This document shows, in pieces, positions 54,273 through 64,000 of a stretch of DNA of 64,000 bases. The notes under the pieces are model-generated. The model saw only the letters and a list, made by a program, of their open reading frames with translations. It searched no databases and was not told the DNA's origin. The number at the start of each line of letters is the position of its first letter. Position 1 is the stretch's first letter. This stretch comes from Podarcis vaucheri (Eukaryota), in the NCBI GenBank assembly GCA_965113315.1, contig OZ220368.1; one strand, given 5' to 3'. The translations under genes and the position numbers were made by a program.

Positions 54273-56066
54273 CTATTATCTTTGTGCAGCTCTGGCAAGC
54301 AGGAGCCATCCTGTGCACAGAGAAGACAGGCTAAACTAGGCCTGTTTCAGCAAAAGAAACTTAAAAAAAGAGCCACACACATACAAACTCCTTGCAGAAA
54401 GCAGATTTTCAAGAAGAATAAAGTGAACACTAAGTGCTAGTCTAAATAAGGAATTTCTCAAACCACATCTGTTGCTTCTGCTTGAGGTTTTCTAAACATG
54501 GAGGTTTCCCCAGGTCACAAAAGCTGCTTTTGCTACAGAGAAACAGCGATTCTGAATAACACTGTGAAAAGCACACTACATAAAGGAAGGAAAATGTTTT
54601 GAAGCATAACACACAGACACAGATACAGTCAGATACACAAACATATAATAAAGGATCAAGGTTAGTGCTGTAGTTCAGCTATTATATAACATCTACACAG
54701 CTCAAAAAGCAAATATGATTCTCTCTCCTACACACACACAGAACACACACACACGATTGCCGTGAGCTGTAAGAACCCACATTCTGGATTTTTACCCAAC
54801 ATATGTTGCAGTGCCTAACAAAAGTTGGATTATTAACCAGGATTCTGATTTCCTAATCACTTACAATGTCCCTTTCCTAATTAAATATAAAGGATGCAGA
54901 AAATAGCTACGTTTTTCAGTAGTATGCTGCATGCTGTTTTCACAAACTGCCCTTCCCTCATCCCTAAGGCCTTCTAAAGTTGTCAGTTAAACAAAAATCT
55001 CGCTTGCCTATTAGTCTGCTGCAGCTGCAGCTTCCTGTCCATTAACCCTATCACATTCGGCTCTTTTTAAGATGCAGGCCTTGTGAAGAGTTGAGTTTCA
55101 GTGTGTGGAAAAATACCAGAGCTGCTTTCAGAGCAGGGAGGAACAATGGGAGTGCAGTCTGAATTTAGAAACATTTCATGTACAGCCCTAATTTAAACTA
55201 GGTCTCTAAAAATGGGAAGCAATTTTAAAAGGTTGTTTTAAAAGATAATTTATTTACAGTGCGATCCCGAACGTAACTACTAATAAGTAACCACTGTTGT
55301 TTATCAATGGTACATGTAAGTATACACAGGACACTGTAGCCAAAACTGGATAGCCTGATTTGGGGCCAGTTCTTAAGCACTTCTGTGTGTGTGAAAAAGA
55401 CACACACCTAGGCTTCATTCTTTTCCAAAACAGCCAGTATTTCAGTTTTGCTACGATAGGCCTTAAAAGATGTTGTTATGCTGAGGGAAAGGAAATAGTT
55501 CTAGATGAAACATTTCAAAGAACAGGTTTTCACACAGGTTCTCCAGTAAATGCTTACATTTATGCTGACCTTTTTCTGTATTCACAGCTAAAACAGTTAA
55601 GAAAACAAAAAGCCCCAGCTGCACCTACAAATTACCATGCAAAGAAACGTGTATACAAAAAGAGAAAGGCATATTAGTAACCTTGTACATGAACAGACCA
55701 AAATAAGGAAGTGTGAGTTTGCTGAAAGCAATTAGTAAAGAAAATAAAGAGTTCTGAGTATAAACCTGAAATAATATATAGAAAAGCCATGGGAGCAGGG
55801 AACCGATAAGCAAAGGTGCGTAGGTACACAAGCAAGCAACAGCATTCTGTGGCCGCAAAATAGAAAGGCTAGCAATCAAATTAAATCTATTTCTTAACTG
55901 CCCCAATCTCAACACTCAGTAATGTAATCAAAGTTAAGACCGAGGGATGAACGGACACGGACAGACACACACACACGCGCACACACACACACCCCTTTTG
56001 ATTGTGGATTTTACTAAGTCACATGTGCATAATCCAAGGCAAAGAAATAATCCTAGGCTCTCTTAC

Positions 56067-56104
56067 CTCATGCTGTGGCCATGCTTTTCTAAGATAACCA
56101 TCAT
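56067..56104 (-). CDS. ZMYND8: Candidate alternative first coding exon (MMVILEKHGHSM-S)
   Basis: aaagATG ATG GTT...ATG AG|gtaaga; strong donor, strong Kozak at the second ATG, phase 2 fits exon 2. Confidence 0.45.
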
Positions 56105-56776
56105 CTTTACACTTCACAGGAAAACTCAGTGCTTATGCCACTAAGAAGATGTATGTCCTTCACCAAGGCTGTTTTTCAGGCTATACCAGCAAAGTATGTT
56201 TAATACTGATTTGATATACAAAATTCTAGTTTCTGCGAGGCAGAAGCTTTTTGCCTTTCAAAACCTAATCACTGTTTTTCAGGATGGTGAGCAGCAAAAC
56301 TTAGAACGTACCTTCACAGTTTTTGTCCATTTTCAAAATGCAGCAGGAACTGAACAATATAATAAAGGGGAAATATATATGCCACTTAACCATCTTCAGT
56401 GGAAACTAAGATAGGCAATTTCTGAGCAATTTTGCTAACCCAAGCAAAATCCCAAAGTGTTTAAGGGCAGTAAAATGTCCCCCAGTGAAGCCATGTGTAT
56501 TGTGTCAGAAGGGCACATTATCTGCTTCCCTGTGTCATTCATATATGGCATTTTTAAACCACAATTGCCTGAAACAAAAAGGCCCCCAAATGCCAAAAAT
56601 CTACAGATTTCATTGAATCTTTTTGTTTGTGAAATCTTTTGTGAATATTAAAAAAATAAAAATAAAATGTTTGTGGCTAAAACTTGGGGACATTGTTTAC
56701 TACTCTGTAGGTGACAATATATTAGAAATAGGTCTACATATGTGCAAATTCAACAATGAGAAGTAAAGTAAGCCTA

Positions 56777-56967
56777 CAGCTTATGTGGGGGTTATGTTCC
56801 AGGGATTGTGTCTAAAGTCAAAATTCCATATAGTTAAAACACACTAGGTTCAATGGTGGGTGGGATTGCTAAAGTCATTTTTCCTGGAACCCCACCTCCT
56901 TTTTAACCCCCTTTTTTGCCAAGTTAAATGTGCACAAGTTAAATGTGCGTAAATTGTGGGCTTGCTG
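56777..56967. mobile_element. Decayed Tigger-like MITE
   Basis: TA|cag...ctg|TA; aagttaaatgtgc tandem near the right end. Confidence 0.45.
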
Positions 56968-57067
56968 TACACCAGTGGGGGTGGAATTTTTAACCCCATT
57001 TTTGCAGCAAGAGGGAGCTGGAAATAGCAAATCTACTAGGTTTTCTACTATCTGAGAGGAGAATACT

Positions 57068-57559
57068 CCTGGAATGCTGTATCCTGTTCTGGGCTCCACA
57101 ATTTAAGTAGGGTGTCGGTAAGCTGAAACGTGTGGGCAGGAGGGCAACCGATCTAATAAAGGGTCTGGAAACCAGGTCTTATGAGGAACAGTTGACGGAG
57201 CTGGGTATTTTTAGCCTGGAAAAGAGGAGACAGGAGATATGAAAGCCATGTAGCTTAGGGGCTGTCACATGGAAGATGGAGCAAGCTTGTTTTCTCCTGC
57301 TCTTGTGGTTAGGACTCAAACCAATGGCTTCAAGCTACGAGGAAGATTTCAACTAAACATCAGGAAGAACTTTCTGACAGTAAGATCTGTTTGACAGTGG
57401 AAGGGACTCCCTTGGAAGATGGTAGACTCTTTGGATGTTTTTAAGCAGAGATTGTATGGCCATCTGTCTTGGATGCTTTGGTTGATATCCCTACATTGCA
57501 TGGGGTTGGACTAGATGACCCTTGGATCCCTTCCAACACTGCAATTTTATGATTCTGTG
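57068..57559 (+). mobile_element. CR1 LINE 3' portion
   Basis: Same subfamily as 34770-35312 in opposite orientation; ends ttttatgattctgtg. Confidence 0.9.
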
Positions 57560-57601
57560 CATGTTTATATCCAGGAGTCTCAGATACAGTTTTTATCATT
57601 T

Positions 57602-57720
57602 TAGGATACCCAATGTGGTGCTCTTCAGAGGTTCCTGGACCCCAACTTTCATTAATCCTAGCTAGTAGGAATCATGATTAGTCTAGCAACATCTAGAGGG
57701 CACCTTGTTGGCAACTCCTG
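57602..57720. mobile_element. Highly decayed copy of the palindromic hAT-type element
   Basis: gtgctcttcagaggtt / aacatctagagggcac arms. Confidence 0.55.
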
Positions 57721-58299
57721 ATAAAAGTACAGAAACCTATGTTTCTATTCTAAATGCAAAGGAATGGGCGGTGACAACCCACACAGGATCAAATTCATTC
57801 CCTACAGGAGAAAGAAGGAATCACCAGATAGTACTGCTAATCTATGGGATATTATTCAGTATTTGAAACTACTGAATAATAAAAGACCACACACTTAATC
57901 TGAATTCTTTATTATTCTTCTGGTAATTCTTTGTATCCAGTGGTTTTATAGATCAAACGATAATCCAATAGGAGTTTATATCAGATAGTTAGAAATGTGG
58001 TCGTGTTTTAGAACACTACCTTAAGAAAAACAAGACAAGAATCAAGAATGTAAGAGGAGCCTGCTGGATCAGGCCAAAACCCCTCTAGCTCTACCTCACC
58101 TCCTCTTCCCAACATGGTCAACTGGTAGGTGTGTTGGGACAGTGAAAATCACTAAAAAGGAGAAAAAAGCACAACCAGCCCTTTCCCACAATCAACATAT
58201 AACACATACAGCTGTTGTGTTTTCAAATGGCTGCTATACTGGAGAGTACAGGACTGAAGTTTGAAGGTATGGTTATGGTCTGAAGGCATAGGAGGGCAC

Positions 58300-58431
58300 C
58301 ACCTTGCTAAAGCTAAGCAGGACTGGGTCTGATCAATGCCTGCCTGTGAGGCCTCCAGGGAACTATGTGTATGCTTCCTTGTGTTCCATGTTAGAAGAAA
58401 GGAGGGATATAAATGTAAATAATAAATAAAT
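58300..58431 (+). mobile_element. 5S rRNA-derived SINE-like element with L2-like tail
   Basis: 58310-58362 aligns gaplessly to the 5S internal control region (38/53 by eye, starting AAGCTAAGCAGG), followed by ccttg..aaaggagggatataaatg(taaa)n. Confidence 0.65.
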
Positions 58432-58823
58432 ACACTCGCTCTTAGATAGGGGGAGACTGAAAGCACAGCAACGTTCTATCCATGTAATGGGAGAGACTGA
58501 ACATAGACCTGAGACAACCAACACTGTAATGGACAATTATAAAGGGTGCTTCCTGGTGGTAGATGGGGGGCGGGGGGGGGGTAAAACATGCAAACCAAAG
58601 GGATCAAATCATTGCAGGTAGAGAAAGGAAAGAATATTCCTTTAGTTCTGCAGTACAAGACAATGCTGCTCATGTAGTATAACACATTTCTTGGAAATAC
58701 TTAGCTACAGCTTTAGTGTGCAGTTGTGTCAATAATATATGACATTTCAAGAATGGGGGGGGGCACGAATCAATAGGCTAATGTCTTTGAAGTCTGATGC
58801 TAACATGGAATGCTAAGCCATAT

Positions 58824-58968
58824 ACTAGGCATGTGGGGAACCTGTGGCCTTCCAGTTGCTACTGGAATTCAAGTCCCATCAGCTTCAGCCAGCAAAGCCA
58901 GTGGTCAGGGATGATTGTGTGAGTTGTAGTCCAACAATGCCTGAAGGTAACAGGTTTTCCATCTCTGC
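58824..58968. mobile_element. Decayed palindromic hAT-type element
   Basis: ggaacctgtggccttccag..tcccatca / gatgat..gagttgtagtccaacaa..gaaggtaacaggtt. Confidence 0.65.
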
Positions 58969-61900
58969 CATTAACAATAGTTTTGTAAGCGACTTGGTGC
59001 ATGAGCTGTGTGTTCTGAGTGCTTTGCTCCCCCCCCCCTTTTGTATGAATCATAGAATTGTAGAGTTGGAAGGAATACTTAAGGTTGCAGGAATCTCCAC
59101 ACACAATGCCCCATCAAATTTAAAACCATACCAGACCCTGTTTAGTTTTGCAAATGTGCTAGCAGTTTTATTGATGCACCACTAGGAAGTCAACAAACTA
59201 TGACGGGGGTTTGTTTAGCATCATGTATAAACCTGTACCTAGGGTAGCTTTTGCCCTAAAAACACACACACAATCACTAACAGCAAATCATGGTTTAAGG
59301 CTAGCTGGAGATCAGGGTTTGTTCTGGTGAAACAAAGTACATTTGGGTTCAGACGTCACACTAAGCCCTTGGTGGTTTGTTTACCCACTTGCACAAAGGA
59401 AGGGGTGAAACAGAATGTGCCCAAGCTACATGCACAGTGTGGCTTACTAAAACATGGTTTTGGCTTAGCATTTATATGTAATCACCACTTGTAAAACTGC
59501 AAGGGTGCTTTTCTAACAATGAGAAATGAGCAACTAATATTTACTTGAATTATTACATCCTGAGGGGGAAAGATTATTATAGGAATGTGGCTATTTTTTG
59601 CACCATGAATTCATTTTATGAACTTTAAACAGATATTTAATTTGTACTTGACTGGACACATGTTCCAAGCACAATTGCCCCCAGCGGACTGCACACCCAT
59701 ATTAACACCAAAATGGCTGCTAGCAGCAGTGTCAGTGCTGTAGACAAAGCTTCCTTTGCCTTGCCCTGTCTAATACAGAGGAGCATTTTGCAAACTGCAC
59801 ATGTAGCTCTTATTCACTCTTGGTGCTTTAAAGTTTTAATGATTCGGAAGCCAAGAAAGAGAGAGAGAGAGAGTCCACTATGGAGGCTGCCCATGTGGCT
59901 TTATTTCACTGGCAGCTCTGCTTCAGTGTTATTCATATCAAGAACAACATTCCCAAACAAATACAACTGGTATACAGTTTGATTCTCTGTGGGAAAGACG
60001 TCCTGGCTCTGGGAGTGCAATGGCACTGATGGTGGCTGGGCACATAGCCAAAGTGACACATTCAGTCCCTGGAGGGAGGATTTGGTCACATATCAGCTAG
60101 TAATTTAATAGCAGCAATAGCTAGATGAGGCCTCAAGTTCTGCTCTTCTAAAACAACAAAATGCTTTACTGAGCTAAAGCAAAGGGCTTTTAAGTGCCAG
60201 TAAAAACAAAGACTAATTGGGGAGCCCTCTCAGGTAGTTCATGTTGTTTTGAACTCAGAGGCAAACAGCAGATTTATCTCACTGTGGTAAACATATCCTT
60301 TAAGTATTTTAAATTAGGAAAGTATAAGAAATATTGGAGCTTGATCTTCCCCCATTTGGAATGATCTTGCATGCCAAGTCCCCAAAAGAATGAGAGGCAA
60401 AAGTACATTTTATTGGAACAATATATGTTGTTGAAAGCAAGGAAGCTTTCATGCTTCAAGCTAAGGCAACTGAAAAAACCCCTGCTGCAATCAGTGAATG
60501 AAGTGTCTTATCCTGTAATAAAAGGCCATTAAAATGCATAGCCTACTGCAGGATTAGCCAATTGCTTTTCCTGGGGTGTGGCTATTTGAGAGTGTAGGCT
60601 GTAGAAAAACAACAATGAAATGGGAAGGACAGGCAGGAAGGCGGAAATAGAGGGCTAAAGTCAGAGATGTTAATCAGTAGCAGTCTGAAGAACCCAAGTG
60701 GTAAAAGATGAAGTGGGGGTTGAAAACCATGAAAACAAAGCCTAGAAAGAAACAGAAGGATGTGGGAGAAGAGTTGTTGTTTTTTCAATCAACCACAAGC
60801 CAGTAGAAAACTCTAGAAACATGGCACTTTCCCTCAATTCTTCTCTTTACAGATTGCCTCAGAGAGAGTGCATCATTACCCAAAAGGCAGAAGGGAGGGA
60901 GAGTTGCTCCCAGAAAATGCCACACATGGTACTTATGGCCCACAACACTACAAATAAGAGCTCTCCCTAAAGAGCAGCCAGTGCCTGACACAGACAAAAG
61001 AAGATGCTTTTCTGTTCACAAAACATGAAAACAGTAATTGCTGAGACATGTTCAGGCAGAAAGGAAAAAGCTGTGTAGAAGAAAACAGGCAACATGAGCT
61101 ATATGAAAAGGAAAAATAGATGCATGCAGAAGTAGGCTGCTCAACTATGCATACTACAAAGGAGTCAGAGAGCTGTTGCAGATGGTTCACTGTACCAGAT
61201 AGGAGACTGGAGCAGAATACATGTTTCTGAAATGGGGGGAGAGAAGAATATGTCCACAAGGTTGATAGACAGAAGACTGTATTTCAAAAGTAACTGGAAA
61301 AAGATGTATGCCTTCACTGGTGGTATTATTGGTCTATGCACATTTCAATGGTCTACATTAGTAAAGTAGTTCAGAATAATTTTTTTAGCATCATGCAAGT
61401 AGTAAAAAAAAAAATTTCCCCCAAAGAGAAGGTGCCCAGGTACTATATGAAACAAGTATTTTGCATAACAGAAATTAGAAATAAAACATGAGATACAAAA
61501 CAGTCTTACCTAGTATTGAAAGCTTACCTTCTGGTTAAAGTTTTCTAAACATATGAATTAACAAGCAAGCAAAGGGTATATGGAGGATGTTGGCAAACCA
61601 TCCAGGCTAGTGAACTGGGGGGGGGGTAATAATGGGTAAATGGAATAACAATGCCAAATGGCCTTCAGCTATGCAAATCACCTTGAGGGGTAATAATAGC
61701 CTTTCTAGCCTATAGCTGCAAGGGTACTGTTAGGTGATATGACAGCGATCAGGATGCATCCTGTTATCTCTCCTTCAGTGTTTCTCAAGCAATTTAGACC
61801 AGTGTTTTTCAAAGAGTGGGCCTTGGGCCAAGACTTTCAGATGGGCTTCTGTGCCAAGGCAGTGCCTCCTTATTTGTCTGCCATGCCTTCCAGTCATGCT

Positions 61901-62377
61901 ATAGCCTTCTAGTAGGAGCAATGCCAGCAACAGCATCTTCTTGCATGCCGAGTAAAGGTTGCCTGGAAAAGAGGGGAAGGGAAGTAAGGTCTCCCTCCTC
62001 TGAGAGGAAAGGGCAAGAGGTGGTGTTGAAGCAAATTAAAAAATGAAATAATATATTATTAATAATAATAAACAGAGAAAAGAAATGAATGGGAAAAGAG
62101 AGGGAAGGCCCAGTGAGAAAGGCCCAGTGAGAAAGGATAAAAGAAACAAGCAGGGGTTGGGTGGGGGGCAGCAGGGGCTAGGTGGGGGGTAGGGGAGTAG
62201 GAATAAGGCACAAGTTGACTGAGAAAGAAGAATGTGGGGGGGGGATTACAGAATATTGGGGGGGGGGCATTGAGAGCTATGTGGTGCCAGAAAGAGAAAA
62301 AATATTTTTAAAAGGCTTCTGCACTTGGAACCTCTGGATTAGAATATTTTGCCTAAAATGTAGGTGCTGACTCACAA

Positions 62378-63985
62378 TACCTCCAGAGCAAATTTTGTAC
62401 TTAGGTTGAGGAAAGCTAAGCTATGGAACTCCTTGCCACAAGCAAAACATTTTGACAATGAATTTAACAATTCCCAGTTATGAATTATATATTAGTAGAA
62501 TATGTCAGTAATTGGCAGCTAATTATGCCAAACTCTGCCTCCATGTACCACCATTTTGTGATTGGCTCTGCCCCGTCACCATTTTGTGACTCCCAGTAAT
62601 TTTCAGCAGTCTCACCCTTGTGGTAAGAAGTTGGAGAATCTCTGACTTCCCTTTCTAAAAAACTTGGGGCTTCCCAACTAAGCATCTATTCTACACCTGT
62701 ATGTATGGAAATTATTGCTACTGTTCTTTTTGGAAATCTATCTATTAGTGTAGTAATCTCACACAGCTAATAAAAGTAGTGAAGTAGTATGGACAGTATG
62801 GTTGCACAGTCATCAGCAGGGATCCATCTTGTAGTAACGAGGTGGGGCTTTTCTACTGTGGTGGCCTCTTAATGGAATCATCTCTCCTCTGAATTATGGC
62901 AGGCACTCACAATGATTATATTTATGCACCTGCTGAAATCTCATTTATTCTTCCAAGCCTTTGCTGGCAGTTAATACCAATCTCTTCTTAATCTGTTTGC
63001 TTTCGATTACTGTTTTTCCTGTTTTCCCATTTTTAAAAGATTATTGTATAGATGCTAATATTCCAGTTTTTACCTTGTGCTGTACATCACTTTGTGGTTT
63101 TTAAATGAAAGGCAATAGAAAAATATTTTAAAATGAATAACACCGTTCCACACCCTGCCCACCATTTTTCTCACCCTCCTCTAACAGTCAGTCAACATTT
63201 TGAGGGGTTTCTATGTCATTCCCAGATGCAGAAATTAAACAAGTTAACGTATGGATGTATTTGGGAAGCTGTCCCTTAGGACACTTAAAAATAACAAACT
63301 AACTTTGAGTCTGCCAATACTAATTCAAGCTTTCCCTTACTTTTGTAGCCAAATCTGCTCAAACCATGGACAACATACCGCTACTACTATATAGGCAAGT
63401 GAGCTCTTGCAACTCCCCATTCCACAGCCCTAATTCTTCTTACTCCCCAACAGTCCGTCAGCAGGGGGGGGGAGACTGTGGATGTGGGCACACTACATTA
63501 AATTCTTCAATTCCATCTACATAAAATTATTTAATTTCCATTTATATCTATGGACAGATGTCTCTTTCCTGACCCTAGGAACATGGAAAAACAGCTTCCT
63601 CACGTGAACTGGAAAGTGACCTAGCCAGATAGTGTAAAAGCTTTTATAGGAGGAACAAGTGAATGCAAAAGGACCAATGATAATTAATGAAGTAAATTTG
63701 GGCTGGGAATTAGGTAAACATTTAGTTTAAAAAGGGTATGGAAGAAATTACAGGACATGAGTAAAAATATCTGGATATATACCTCTACAGCAAACCTCTG
63801 TACTTAGCTTGAGGAAAGCTGAACTATGGAACTCCTTGACACAAGCAAAATTTTGTGATGAAGAACTTATCAATTTCCAAAGATGGAACAGATATCATTA
63901 GAAAGTAATGTCAGCAATTGCTACCTGATTATGTCAAATTTTATCTCCATTTTGTGCTCTACCTCTGTACCACCATTTTGAGACT
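62378..63985 (+). repeat. Diverged ~190-bp direct repeat pair (62378-62560 and 63780-63985)
   Basis: tgtacttagSttgaggaaagct..ctatggaactccttgMcacaagcaaaa shared almost exactly; similarity continues to gtaccaccattttg. Confidence 0.85.
62800..63140 (+). mobile_element. Old L2 LINE 3' end
   Basis: gggcttttct..gtggtggcc..tggaat, ttccaagcctttg, T-rich UTR, stem-loop and A-rich tail. Confidence 0.6.
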
Positions 63986-64000
63986 AATGGGCCTTAATAA

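Noticed and set aside
58310-58362. Functional 5S rRNA gene
   Set aside because: Only a partial, ~72% identical match, lacking the 5S 5' part and followed by a retroposon tail.
62150-62270. G-run cluster as a functional G-quadruplex
   Set aside because: G/C runs are scattered throughout the window; nothing beyond composition supports function.
62378-63985. Direct repeats as LTRs of a retrotransposon
   Set aside because: No TG..CA termini, PBS, PPT or internal gag/pol remnants visible.

Overview
Vertebrate genomic DNA, most likely a lacertid lizard (Sauria/Squam1 SINE, Squam3 SINE, BovB, CR1 and L2 repertoire). Most of the window (120-54190) is one minus-strand gene, ZMYND8 (PRKCBP1/RACK7; PHD-bromo-PWWP chromatin reader with a C-terminal MYND finger). 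I traced 20 consecutive GT-AG coding exons with consistent phases from the MHPQS start exon (54091) to the post-MYND exon (2534), plus a 90-nt cassette-type exon at 120-209. The terminal exon lies beyond the left edge. The 5' part of the PHD exon falls in a 132-N gap. Introns carry many TE fragments: hAT and Tc1/mariner MITEs, CR1, L2, BovB and SINEs. I found no prokaryote-type system. The most interesting signals are RNA-level and are all inferred: (i) an apparently non-TE intronic inverted repeat (7501-7601 vs 8829-8914) whose mismatches are partly G-U compatible on the transcribed strand and include an A-C mismatch; (ii) a C-terminal exon open in two frames, next to a multi-acceptor mini-exon that could switch frames; (iii) several candidate alternative first exons and promoters; (iv) a 5S-rRNA-headed SINE with an L2-like tail. 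Comparisons to human ZMYND8 and repeat consensi are from memory, not from a search.
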